DNA from: Squalus acanthias
Taxonomy: Eukaryota
Reading direction: 5' to 3'
Assembly: GCA_030390025.1 (NCBI GenBank)
Contig: CM059433.1
Location: forward strand, 30,568,001-30,632,000
DNA: 64,000 nucleotides
Shown here: positions 11,896 to 23,994 of the stretch, piece by piece
Numbering within the stretch: the stretch's first letter is position 1
Layout: each line of letters starts with the position of its first letter
Made by a program: the position numbers and the translations under genes
The notes under the pieces: generated by a model
Database searches by the model: none
The model's input: the letters and a program-made list of their open reading frames with translations, nothing else
What the model was told of the DNA's origin: nothing

Positions 11896-12760
11896 GGGCT
11901 GGATTTTACTTACCGAGACGAGTTGGGGGCGGGACTGCTGCCTTCCAGGTACTAGTCCCGCCCCCAGTGACGTCTGACAAACAGACGCTATTTTGCCCTG
12001 ATTGGCCTTGTTAAGCCCGCCCTGCGGGCTTGCCGGCCAATTAAGGGAAAGCCGGTGTCAGATGACGTCAGTTGATGACGCTTCATCTGCCGGTTTTCTT
12101 AAAGGCATATGCACCACACTTATTTGCAGATGAATTATCAGTGTTTGACAGCATTGAGATGCTGTCAAACACTGACAATCACTGTACACAGGTGAGCCTT
12201 TTCACCCAGGCTCTCCAATTACTCTCTCCTTAGGATAAAACAGATGGCAGCTGCAGCTGAGGGTACAGAAGCGATCTGTCACTTCTCCCATTGCGGTGAG
12301 GCCACACAAACACTTCACAGCTTGTCACCTACAGAAAAATCTAACCACATTAAAAATGACTTTTACAACTTTTCCTTACCTCAGATACTAACCATTGTCC
12401 CATTGCATCCTTCACACCACTTTTGCAGCTGTCATCTATACACAAACATAACAACAGACCCACAGCACGCCTCACTTACCCTGGCGGGGTTCCCCGACGT
12501 CGGGAAGCCTGCAGCAGCAGTCGAAAAATTGGGAAAAGCCTCTTAACTGCCTGTTAACTACCTGTTAACAGACAATTAAGTGGCTATAATCCTCTTCACG
12601 CCGCTAGGAGTCGGGTCCCTGCGCAAATTGGGGACCGACTCCCGGGAAGATTAGTTGGAGGCGGGTTGGGCATGGGTTCGGGACCCGCTCCCATTCTTTT
12701 TGACTTTCCCAGCAGCCCCGCCTCCAAACCCGCCTCCTCAGGGCTGGTAAAATCCAGCCC
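11896..12760. mobile_element. Harbinger MITE, perfect 14 bp TIR, GAT TSD
   Basis: GAT-GGGCTGGATTTTAC...GTAAAATCCAGCCC-GAT. The right subterminal sequence closely matches the right end of the Harbinger at about 46590-46632. Confidence 0.88.
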
Positions 12761-12892
12761 GATGTAATTCTCTATGTAAATTTGCACTCTAAATGCAAAG
12801 GAGATTTTCCCCTTCTTTATCAGAACACAAAAAATGAAAGGATTATTGCATTATGTATTGCAGCTTCAAAATACAAAGTGATATTTTTCTAC

Positions 12893-13005
12893 CTGCAGTA
12901 GTCAATATTGTGTCTGCCGACAGCATTCGAAAGGACTAAAGAGCCCAACCCATTGATTTCCATTACTTCCAGGCAGCCAGTAAAATTGTTGAAAGGCTCG
13001 GCAAT
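12893..13005 (-). CDS. EYS: EYS coding exon (113 nt), end of the laminin-G domain; not in ORF track
   Basis: Acceptor ttgttttgcag|ATT and donor TGCAG|gtagaa. Translates IAEPFNNFTGCLEVMEINGLGSLVLSNAVGRHNIDYC(R), containing the LamG FTGCL..IN motif. Phase 0 to 2. Confidence 0.93.
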
Positions 13006-13531
13006 CTGCAAAACAAGGATTAACACTTCAAAATAAGTTGCCTAACATTTGCTGCTCAGTTACGTCAAATTTTCTTGGAAATTCCATCAATTTCTAAATT
13101 CCCCGTGATCTAGTACCTCTTTCAGGGGCACAGGCTATTGATTAAGCGAGCATTGTTAGATGTAATAAGCGTTTGCAAAGCCAGTTATAGACACATTGGG
13201 TCAAATGCAGTGCAGGTTTCACAAGCGGGAAAGCTTCATTTTACTTTCCGATCCCGTGCCCGTGGGTCTATGCCAGACTTGCAATGGTCACGTTTCCGCT
13301 AGTTATAGTCACGCAATCCGGGCAGAATTGGCTGAACCAACGGGGATTGTTAAACGTGAGTTACGGTCAAAGTCACTTGTGTTTGTGGTTTCTGTGATCT
13401 TTTATGTTGGTTCAAGATTCAATTCGGCGGAATCAGGCCCTGCCGACAAAACTGGCCACGCTCCCAGGTTGAAATTGCGAGATTTCGCCGATTGGGCTGG
13501 TTCAGGAAGGTTCTTCAAATTGCACTCATTT

Positions 13532-13958
13532 TAGAAACATAGAATCTAGGAGCAGGAGTAGGCCATTCGGCCCGTCGAGCCTGCTCCACCATTCAATACG
13601 ATCATGGCTGATCATCCAAATCCAGTACCCTGTCCCTGCTTTAATCCCCACAGTACACATATCCCACCCTACCCCCGTAACCCCACGTATTTAATTCCCC
13701 CTAACATATCCCATCCTATCCCCATAACCCCACATATTTAATCCCCCCCTAACACTAAGGGTCAATTTATCATAGCCAAATCAACCTAACCCACACATTT
13801 TTGGACTGTGGGAGGAAACCGGAGCACCCGGAGGAAACCCACGCAGACACGGGGAGAATGTGCAAACTCCACACAGACAGTCACCCGAGGTCAGATTCGA
13901 ACCCGGGTCCCTGGCGCTGTGAGGCACCAGTGCTAACCACTATGCCACCATGTTGCCC
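13532..13958 (-). mobile_element. HE1-like V-SINE (tRNA head, V domain, CR1-derived tail)
   Basis: Reverse complement of 60196-60612; contains gtctgtgtggagtttgcacattctcccc and a CR1-type tail. Confidence 0.85.
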
Positions 13959-15068
13959 CCACCGTGTTTCTTCCCCGCAAATGTACTAGTAGGCACATTT
14001 AAAAGTTTTTTCAGATCAAAAATATTCTATTTACGAAGAAACTGATCAGTGTACACCAATGAAACTAGTAAATGGTTCCGTATAATTTGTTTGAGCCATT
14101 TTCAGTGATTTTACATCAGGTTACACTCAGACGGTGGACTTGACACCCATATTAAAAAAGCTTAATTTTGGTGATAAACCCATTTTCAGTTGTATTAATA
14201 AAACTGCACCACGTTACCGCTCTTAAATATATCAAGGAATACAGTTTAATGGAAAGAAAGGAAAAAGTAACCATTCTATTACGCTGCCCGATTGCGCTGG
14301 TTCACTGAAGATTTTACGTTTGTCATTATGCAAATGAATTTTGGCGGAAACGTGAAGTCTAAGCTAACCAGCGCAATTTCAAACGCATTTTGGATGCAAT
14401 TTCCCGATTGTGCTCAAAGCGGAAACTCTACGCAGTTTCAAACTCAGGACTTCACAAGTTTGTGAATCTCTCAAATTGCGGAATGTAGTCAGCACAGCAG
14501 TAACGAAAGATCATAATTTGTTTTCAGTCATTATTATCACCCCTCAATATTAAACTTATTTCCTCTTGCTCTCTCTTTGTCTCTAAGTCTATCTGAACAA
14601 TGCATTCCTTTAATGAGAGAGGACACAGAAATGAGGGTCTGTCCTGACTTTGCTGGTCTTTGCACGTGGCCATTAAGGGGCATCCCGCACTCTGATTTCC
14701 CTGTCCTCGCTATGTAGAAACACTTGGAGTCATCCCTGTACCTCCTCAGAAACTCTCAGTGAGAAGCAATTATAGGCACAAATTCAGGTTCTATCACTCA
14801 TTAACACAGCACATTGGATGCAAAGCCTCAGTGCACCATCTGCAGAATCGCTGCGACTTAAAAGATAACTAAATCTATTTTTAAAATAAATAGATCTGTT
14901 CATCAAGGTGATGAATTTCAGGGCTGAAAACAGAATACTTTTTCCATTATGGATATTCCTAGCTCAAAGTTCAGTACTTTTAAATCGAAAATAAAGTTTA
15001 GCAATTTGGTGGGCGGGGGCGGCAGGGAAGCAAATGATGCAGCATGACTTCCTGATCACCACAAGAAA

Positions 15069-15372
15069 TGATGCGGAGATGCCGGTGTTGGACTGGGGTG
15101 GACAAAAGTGAGAAGTCGCACAACACCAGGTTATAGTCTAACAGTTTTATTTGAAATCACAAGCTTTCGGAGCTGCTGCTCCTTCGTCAGGTGAAGTGAA
15201 GGAATACAGATCGGCAAAGCATATATAGACAGAGAACAATGCCTGTGCAGCGTACAATGTCAGACGACTATTCCTTCACTTCACCTGACGAAGGAGCAGC
15301 AGCTCCGAAAGCTTGTGATTTCAGATAAAACTGTTGGACTATAACCTGGTGTTGTGCGACTTCTCACTTTTG
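15069..15372. mobile_element. Second Penelope-derived fold-back element, same family as 3547-4182
   Basis: Arms about 15103-15206 and 15269-15372 with a 62 bp spacer. Flanks ACCACAAGAAATG / ACCACGAGAAATG (TSD, one mismatch). Hammerhead motifs at 15157-15194 (-) and 15281-15318 (+). Confidence 0.85.
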
Positions 15373-15726
15373 ACCACGAGAAATGGCTGTGACAGAAATT
15401 TTGTGTATTAAATGATTATTATTCGCAACGGGCACAATGGTTACTGCTCGGATCCACAAACAGATCAGAAATGTTCTGCTAAGCAGAGAATATTGATTAT
15501 GGAGGAATATATGGGTCTGTAGCAAAATGGTGCATCAGTAAGATAAAGAGACTCGCTGGGTTTCCCCATTCCACAAAGATGATTTATGCGACATTTCCGA
15601 TGCAAAACTGCAGTGATGTTGTTGCAATGTGAGAGTTGTATGTAAAATAGTAGCAATAATAAGGATCAGCATTTGTCATCATAATAGTTGCAATATTATT
15701 CTTTCATTTAATCCTACTTATGGATA

Positions 15727-16280
15727 TAACTTGCATTTATATTACTCCTTTAACATAGTAAAACGCCCTAAGGCGCTTCACAGGAGCGTTATCAAACAAA
15801 ATTTTGACACCGAGCCACATAAGAAGATATTAGGGCAGATGACCAAAAGCTTGGACAAAGAGATAGGTTTTAAGGAGCGTATTAAAGGAGGAGAGAGAGG
15901 TAGAGAGGCGGAGAGGTTTAGACAGGGAATTCTAGAGCTTAGGGCGCAGGCAGCTGAAGGTACGGCCGCCAATGGTGGAGCAATAAAAATCGGGGACGTG
16001 CAATAGGTCAGAATTAAAAGAGCGCAGAGATCTCGGAGGGTTGTCGGGCTGGAGGAGGTTACAGAGATAGGGCGGGGCGAGACCCTGGAGGGATTTTAAG
16101 ACAAGGATGAGAATTTTTAAATCGAGGTGTTGACGGACCATGAGCCAATGTAAGTCAGCGAGCACAGGGGTGATGGGTGAACAGGACTTAGTGAGAGTTA
16201 GGATACGGGCAGCAAAGTTTTGGATGAGCTTAAATTTACAAAGGGTGGAAGTTGGGAGGCCAGCCAGGAGAGCGTTGAAA
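15727..16280 (-). mobile_element. L2 LINE 3' fragment
   Basis: LADLHWL...FKILIL...LAPPYL peptide typical of the L2 ORF2 C-terminus. Confidence 0.82.
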
Positions 16281-17215
16281 TAGACCCACTTGTTAAGCTG
16301 CTCTCAAGTTCTCCCCATTAGCTTTAAACTTTAATTTTTCAATGCAAATACATTATAGTTGACACTAGTTAATAGGGGTATGGATAATATGGACATTACT
16401 TTAAAGGGGACATTTTTCTCAAGAGCTAATTGATTTCCAATACATCTAAATCAGCACTGATGGGTTTTGATTATAGAGATGACCTGATAAATGGGAATCT
16501 TTTCATTTCCACTGCAGCATCCTAAGTAGTAGGTTTCAACTTTATTAAAAACTCATCCTTTGTTCTGTCAGTTTACTAGATTTAGTAGCCATGCCTAATA
16601 AGCTTCCAACCAATTCAGTCTCCGCAGTTCTTCAAACCCTTTCTTCCAACATTAGCGCCTTATAATGAAGACATGACTAATTCCATTCAGGACATTTTTC
16701 ATTTTTTTGTCACAAACATGACTAGATTTCACATCGGCTGATCAGCACAATGCCCCTGAAGTGTCTGGGAGTTCTGCTTGCGGGGAGCTTTCTTGCCAAG
16801 AAAAGCTTTTAGTTCAGAATTAGTCTGAGTTGTGCAGTGAAATGATTCAAACCTGTAGAATTTTAGACAAAATGAAAGGAAGGCAACCACTTCAAGGAAG
16901 ATATTTCGTAGCTTTTAAAGTACAGCTACAGCGTTTATTCCAAATGTCAAGAGCCACTTACAGTCAGTCCATCAGCGACTGATGAAACTTCAGGATCTTT
17001 TGCTTCAGAAATGAAGAACTAATGGAAATTAGCATTGCTAACAATGGGGTCAGTTTTTCCAGTCTTGTCTCAACTTTTGCATAGCATCAGTAGCAGGAAC
17101 TAACAAACTATTTGCCCCATGTTCTGCGTTGCTCACAGGATTCCTAACCCCTGAGAAATAAATGAACGAACATTAATGAAAATGTGAGGAGAAAATAAGC
17201 GATTGTTGCATTGAA

Positions 17216-17685
17216 TGTCAGCTGTGGCTCAGTGGGTAGCACCCTCGCCTCTGAGTCAGAAGGTTGTGGGTTCAAGTCCCGCTCCAGGGACTTGAGCACA
17301 AAAATCTAGGCTGACACTCCAGTGCAGTACTGAGGGAGTGCTGCACTGTCGGATCTGCCATCTTTGGGATGAGACGTTAAACCGAGGTCCCGTCTGCCCT
17401 CTCAGGTGGACGTAAAAGATCCCATGGCACTATTTCGAAGAAAAGCAGGGGAGTTATCCCCGGTGTACTGGCCAATATTTATCCCTCAATCAACATAAAA
17501 AACACAGATTATCTGGTGATTATCATATTGGTGTTTGTGGGAGCTTGCTGTGCGCAAATTGACTGCTGCATTTCCTACATTACAACAGTGACTACACTTC
17601 AAAAGTACTTCATTGGCTGTAAAGCGCTTTGAGACCTCCTGAGGTCATGAAAGGCACGATATAAATGCAAGTCTTTCTTTCTTTT
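17216..17685 (+). mobile_element. Full-length tRNA-derived Deu-type SINE (SacSINE1-like)
   Basis: A box tggctcagtgg, B box ggttcaagtcc, central ggccaatatttatccctca core, L2-like tail atataaatgcaagtctttc. Confidence 0.85.
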
Positions 17686-17804
17686 GCATGTTGATGCTTT
17701 GTTACGGTCACTAATGATGAGGTCATGGAACATTCCGCAGCTGCAGAATTACGCTGAAGGTGAGTATTTTAAAATTTAAGTTGCATAGCACATTTTTCTT
17801 GTGG

Positions 17805-18432
17805 ATGGCATGGCAGCTGGAATACAAAGGGTTGGAAGTTATGTTACAGCTGCACAGAACTCTAGTTAGACCCCATTTAGGGTTCTGCGATCGGTTCTGG
17901 GCACCAAACCTTAGGGAGGGTATATTTTCCGTGGAGGGGTTGCAGCGTAGATTCACCAGAAGAATAGCAGGCCTAAAAGGGTTAAATTATGAGGACAGGT
18001 TGCATAGACTAGGCTTGTATTCCCTTGAATATAGAAGATTAAGGGGGTGATCTAATTGAGGCGTTTAACATGATTAAAGGAGTTGATGGGGTAGAGAGAG
18101 AGAAACTATTTCCTCTGGTGGGGGAATCAAGAACAAGGGAGCATAACCTTAAAATTAGAGCTAGGCCGTTCAGGGGTGATGTCAGGAAGCACTTCTTCAC
18201 ACAAAGGGTGGTGGAAATCTGGAACTCTCTCCCCCAAAAAGCTGTTGAGGCTGGGGGGGTCAATTGAAAATTTCAAAATTGAGATTGATAGATTTTTGTT
18301 AGGCAAAGCTATTGAGGGTTACGGAAACAAGGCGGGTAGATAGAGTTAAGATGCAGATCAGCCATGATCTAATTGAATGGTGGAACAGGCTCGAGTGGCT
18401 GGATGGCCTACTCCTGTTCCTATATTCCTAGG
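17805..18432 (+). mobile_element. CR1 3' fragment
   Basis: LVRPHL...LQRRFTR...HFFTQRVVEIWNSLP peptides plus tail. Confidence 0.87.
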
Positions 18433-19049
18433 AACAGCCAAGGCATCCAAACATAGGTGCTCGATGGGGTCATCAGGCATCGTTTCAGTGTTTCTTGCAT
18501 TTATATAGCGCCTTTCATGTCCTCAGGATATCCCAAGCATTTTACAGCTAGTGAAGTCATTGTTATAATGTAGGAAACATGGGAGCCAATTTCACATAGC
18601 AAGCTTCCACAAACAGCAATGAGGTAATGATCAGATCATATGTTTTAGTGATGTTGGTTGAGGCATAATTGTTGGCCAGGACACCGGGGAGAACTCCCGT
18701 GCTTTTCTTCGAAATAGTACCAGGGGATTTTTTACATACAAAATCATCCTCTTAATTCCATTCACTGATGTTAGGTGGCAGACAATTTCCCCTGTAAGCT
18801 GCAATGCCTCCTGCGCGGTCCGTCTCCCCCAACGCGCAGCCCATTCAAATTTCTACACATGCGCGACATCCACAATACAAGAGCCAACGAGCGGCCTGCG
18901 CGGGACCCCGCAGTTACAATCTTACAACTAATGTTCCCCCATCCTTACAGTCGACTCAAATATTTCAGAGCCTCAGATTTTATTCAGTGATCATCTGTAC
19001 CAAATCACTGGTATTTATTAATCACTGGTTAGGCCTCAGCCGGAATAAT

Positions 19050-20592
19050 GGGCCAGAAATTCGGCTCTTGTCGGGTGAGTATGCGCTGTGTACTCACCCG
19101 TAAGGCCACCTGAAGTGCCGGTTTCCTGCATGCACTGCGCATGTGCGGGAAACCGGAACTTCCGTTCCCCTGAAGGGGAGGGTTCAGAAGTCGAACGCGT
19201 GCGCGGGAGAGGCTGCGCGCACGCAGCGAACTTCAGGTTTTTTTTTCAGGTTTCTCCGGGAAGGTAAGTATGAAGAAGCTGCACTTTTAAAAAGGAGGCA
19301 CAAGGCCTGTTTTTAACAAGGTAAGTGGTTAATTAATTACAATTTAAATTTTTTATTCAACAGGTTTATCTTTTTTAGATACTTTAAAGAAAGGTAAGTT
19401 TATTTTTAGCACCATTAAAAAGTATAATTAATTTTTTCAAAAATTTAAATTTTTGTTTAAAGTAGTTAATTTATTTAACTTATAGTTATTTTAAAAATGT
19501 GGGGGGAAAAATTCAGCTGCTTGCGCCTCCCGTTAGCGCCTTAAGAGGGCGCTAATGGGGCGCAAAGCAGCTAACGCCCGGGCGCAGCGCCGCCCACGCC
19601 TCCCGCAAAATTCAGCGGGAGGTTAGCGGCGGCGCCAGCCGGTAGCGCCCTGTGGCGCTGCGCCGCCGGCGATGACGTCATCGCCGTGTGCAGCACCCCG
19701 CTCGCGCTCCAGCCGCGATCTTCGGTTGTGCCCCCTGACTTACCGCCAGACGCTATGTCCGACGGGTTCAGGGGGGCGTACGTGCGGCCGGGGCGGCGAT
19801 ATTTAAAGGGGAGGTGGCAGGTGGCCATTTTTGTTGCTGGCCGCCTGCCAGCACCTGCCCCCGTTGCTGTCCCCGGCCCCCGTGAAGCCCCCCCACCGTG
19901 AAGTGCCGGCTGCGCTCCAAGAGCCCGGCACTTCTCTTGAGTGCCGGGCTCTTTTGCCGGCACTCCCGATCCCTGGGGGCCCAGCTGGGCCCCGGTTCGC
20001 GCTGCGCAGGGCCCCTCCCCTTTAAGAAGGGGAGGAAGGCCTGCAGTACCGCGGTGCGACGTGCCGCAGCGCCTGGCGCTGCGGCACGTAGCGCCAGGAT
20101 ATTCCCTCGCAGCGCCCCAAGAGGGATGCGGGGTGCTTCCAGTAGCGCCCCGCTTCCCTCTTGGGGTGCAACCACTCAAGTTCCGGCGCGGGGGCGCTAA
20201 TTTTTTCGGGGCGCTAAACGTAGCGCCCCGGCGAGGTTAGCGCCCCAAATGGGGCGCGACTCAATTTTTAGCCCGTGATGTTTTTAAAAACATTTATTTG
20301 AAGTTTAAGTGTGGTTTTGGGGCCGATCTCTATTCATAGATTTGACAGGTCTTCCTGTCAAATCTATGAATGAAAATGCCCTGCTAGGATTGGCTCTCCA
20401 TGGCCCACGTGATCCCAGGGGACGCTTCGAACTAACTGCGCCCCTGGGATACACAAGCACTGCGCGCCGGCAGCTGCAGGAGGCCCAGGACCCGAAGTCC
20501 TCGTGGGCCCAAAGCACAACTGCAGGCACGGTAGGCAAGTACACGCGTGATGCTTGCACCCGCAGGAAGCCGGAAAGCCGAATTTCTGGCCC
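19050..20592. mobile_element. Harbinger-type MITE with perfect 17 bp TIR, inserted in CR1 and containing a nested MITE
   Basis: GGGCCAGAAATTCGGCT...AGCCGAATTTCTGGCCC with flanks aat/att. Internal sequence is homologous to 37059-37803. Confidence 0.85.
19502..20274. mobile_element. Nested GC/CpG-rich Harbinger-type MITE, GTG TSD
   Basis: GTG duplicated at 19499-19501 and 20275-20277. Removing it restores aatgtgatg as in the 37059 family. Termini are homologous, in opposite orientation, to 26686-27562. Confidence 0.82.
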
Positions 20593-21120
20593 ATTATATC
20601 CAATTCTGGGCACCACACCTTAGGAAGGATATCAAGGACACGGAGAGGGAGCAGAGGCGATTTACGAGAATGGGACCAGGGATGAGGTTCTTTAGTTAGG
20701 TGAAGAGATTAGAGAAACTGGCTAGAGAAATTGTTCTCCTTAGAGCAGAGAAGGTTAGGAGGAGATTTAATAGAGATGTTCAAAGTTATGAAGGGTTTTG
20801 ATAGAGTAGATAAGGAGAAACTGTTTTGACTGGCAGGTAACCAGTGGACACAGATTTATGATAACCGGCAAAAGAACCAGGGGGGAGATGAGGAGAATTT
20901 TTTTTTTTTACATAGTGTGTTGTTATGATCTTGAATGCACTGCCTGAAAGGGTGCTGGAAGCAGATTCAATAGTAACTTTCAAAGGGTGTTGGATAGATA
21001 CGTGAATAGGAAAAAATTGCAGAGCTATGGAGGAAGAGTAGGGGAGCGGAACTAATTGGATATCTCTTTGAAAGAGCCGGCACAGGCACGATGGGCCAAA
21101 TGGCCTCCTTCAGTGCAGCA
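20593..21120 (+). mobile_element. CR1 3' fragment (continues from about 18990-19049)
   Basis: caattctgggcaccacaccttaggaagg... CR1 ORF2 C-terminal sequence and tail. Confidence 0.75.
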
Positions 21121-21203
21121 AGATTTTAGGATTGTAAATTAGAACCGCACCTCAAGGAAACAAGAACTAACAATGGCAGCTCCATGAAGACCTGTTGCCG
21201 TAC

Positions 21204-21354
21204 CTGATTTGGCCTGTAGCTGGTTGGTAAGCCACCTAAAAAGAGAGGTCCTGTGCGTTGATTGACGAGACCAGACCAGACGTTGCTGGGTGTGCTGGTC
21301 GCCGTGGTAACCCCCAACACCGTTACCATGGCATCGCAAGGTACCAGGTCTTGC
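21204..21354 (-). CDS. EYS: EYS coding exon (151 nt), laminin-G domain
   Basis: Acceptor cttttcacgcag|G and donor AATCAG|gtacgg. Translates (R)QDLVPCDAMVTVLGVTTATSTPSNVWSGLVNQRTGPLFLGGLPTSYRPNQ, containing the LamG LFLGGLP motif. Phase 2 to 0. Confidence 0.93.
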
Positions 21355-22800
21355 CTGCGTGAAAAGTTAGAACGTAAAGTGTGATACATTTTAATATTTA
21401 AAATGCACCTGTCAATAAAATTAAATTCAAAGTCAACCTACAGCTTTACTGAACTTTAAAATGTGCGAAGTATTGCGTTTGCATACCAGAGAGCGGAGTG
21501 TTCAAAAGTGTTGACTTTATTCTAATATACGATGAACTTATTCATGTCATAAGTAATGGCTGCAGTCAATATAGATAGTTCTTTCAGATAAGTCAATGTA
21601 CTTATATAGAAGTTGCATGTAATTTAAATCTTCCTTTATTCAGTTTGACCTATCCAGATCACAGAAACAATGGTAATATTGTGCGACACAGCATGGATTT
21701 ACAAAGTCAACAAATACACTCTGCATGTTGAGGCACTACATATTTTTATAATTGGTACTTGTCAGATTAACACGGATTTATGTTCTATGCCTGTATTATT
21801 TTGTTTTATTTTTAAAGTACAAGCTGTAACTTGATGTCCAATAGTAATTTTCAAAAGTGGATTGGATAAATAGAGTCTTGGAGATATTAACTGCACAGAA
21901 GGAGGCCATTCGGCCCATCGAGTCCATGCTGGCTCTCTGTAGAGCAATCCAGTCAGTCCCATTCCCCGCTCTATCCCCGTAGCTCTGCACGTTTATTTTC
22001 CTCAAGTGCTTATCCAGTCTCCCCTTGAAATACTTGATCAGGAAAAAAAATTGCAGGGCTCTGGGGAAAGAGCGGGGGAGCGGGACAAATAGGATAGCTC
22101 TTTCAAAGAGCCGACACAGGCACGATGGGCTGAATGGCCTCCTTTTGTGCTGTGCGATTCTGTGATTCTATGTAACACACACATGTTGTATATGTTCTTG
22201 TGATGTACTGTGCAGCAATCAGAGGGTGGCATGGAGCTCAGACATGCTGTGTCATGCAGCAGTAGGGCTGATGATTAGTGATCATGATTCCCGCTCGGTG
22301 ACTTGCGATTTCAGTCAATTTTGGGAAGGCCACAAATAGCGACACGAGGCTTCCTCAAAAAGAAGGAGACAAACTGAAGTGCATCACTCCAGGCTGCTCT
22401 TGTGCACTGCGTAGTGACCCGGTTATCGAACCGCGTTGGGCAAAGTATCTGCCCATAGCCTCCAGTTGCACAGGGAGGTCACAGAGAGGGCTGTAATCCT
22501 GAGCAGTAGCGTTACCCTCGGGAATGTCCCTTGGCGTGTTGAGGCAGGCCAGCACCCACAATTCCTCACACGGTGACCTCGAGGCTTTAGTCCACATTGG
22601 GAGATTTTCCCAGCAGACTTTTCGCTCTGGATATGGGCACTGGGAAGGTCGCACCCCTACGAGAGAGCAAGAGAAGGAAAAGAACCAGCTCTAATTCCTG
22701 AGCTCCAACAACAAGGGATCCCCAGGGCACCACTTAGCAGTTAACTTGAATGGGTTTCTATTCTGCCTGCTATGGAAAATAGAAATAAGCAGCTTCTCAC

Positions 22801-22892
22801 CTGATATGAACAACATACATCCTCCCATCATCGACTCTCACTGTAGTGTTAATATTGTTGACTTCTCCAGAAGACTCGCATAAAAACTGGAA
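22801..22892 (-). CDS. EYS: EYS coding exon (92 nt), laminin-G domain; not in ORF track
   Basis: Acceptor ttctttcaacag|TTC and donor ATCAG|gtgaga. Translates FQFLCESSGEVNNINTTVRVDDGRMYVVHI(R), with the INTTVRVD motif recalled from human EYS. Phase 0 to 2, compatible with both neighbouring exons. Confidence 0.93.
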
Positions 22893-23023
22893 CTGTTGAA
22901 AGAATAATTTTTTACTTTAAGGAAGCAAAGCCACAAGATAAGGGATGTTAGGAAGTAATGGCAGTTATTAATCATGAATAGAAAATTTTAAAATATACAT
23001 TTGGGACCTGCTAGACATACTAT

Positions 23024-23692
23024 GGGGGCAATTTTAACCCACAAAAATGGGCGGGTTTGGGTCAGGTGGGAGGTTAAAGTGTTAAAAATCTGAATCCCAA
23101 CCCTAAACCACCTACAACCCGCCCACTTCTGGTTTTAACGGAGGCGGGATGGGGTTGCGGGCAGCTAACTCGCTCCCAGGAGGCGGATTGGCACTTTAAG
23201 TATGATAATGAGGCTGGAAGCCTCAGATTTAACCTACTTTTCAGGTTTAACCATGGCCGACCGGGATTCCCGGTCCTCGGGATTCCTGGCAGCAGCAGCG
23301 AGGCGAAAACAGCCTTGGGGCCCATTCCTTGTGGGCCGGGAGGAGCAAGCGTGCTTCCTCCCGGCCCCCTGAGCTCCCCAACCATCAAACCATCAGGACC
23401 CCCCACCCCCCCCCCATACAACTGCCACCCCTGGGATCGGACACCCACCCGTCCCCCCAGGGTCGGGGCTTGCACCTACCTGGGGCTGCGGCCTCTTCTC
23501 CGGCGTTCCCTGACCGACTGGAAGCCAGCCTGTCAATCAGGCTGACTTGCGGGCGGGAACCTGTCAGTGACGTCACACGCATGCTGTGGAGTTAAATCTC
23601 CACAGTGTGCGGGGAAACCCAGCCTTCAGGGTTTTCACATGCTACTGGGCCCATCCCCACTCCCAGCACGTCCGAACATTAAAATTCCCCCC
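23024..23692. mobile_element. Harbinger-type MITE, TAT TSD
   Basis: TAT-GGGGGCAATTTTAA...TTAAAATTCCCCCC-TAT; lies about 130 bp upstream of an EYS splice acceptor. Confidence 0.82.
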
Positions 23693-23994
23693 TATGTATC
23701 CAACAGCGCACACAAGTACCAAGATAGAGCACATTGTATTCTATTCTCATATTACACAGAATTACGTAGAATGTACAGTACAGAAACAGGTCATTCGCCC
23801 CAATTGGTCCATGTGGGTTTTTATGCTCCACACGAGCCTCCTCCCACCCCTCTTCATCGCACCCTATCAACATATCCTTCTATTCTTTCTCCCTCATGTA
23901 CTTATCTCGCTTCCCTTTAAATGCATCTATGCTATTCACTTCAACTACTCCTTGTGGTAGCGAATTCATATGAAGATTCAAGATATAATCACTC

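Noticed and set aside
17216..17290. tRNA-like sequences here and at other SINE heads
   Set aside because: They continue into SINE bodies and do not form complete cloverleaves; not tRNA genes.
19571..20623. Cluster of overlapping GC-rich ORFs and an apparent CpG-island gene promoter
   Set aside because: Entirely inside nested MITEs with TIRs and TSDs; stop-poor because of GC content.
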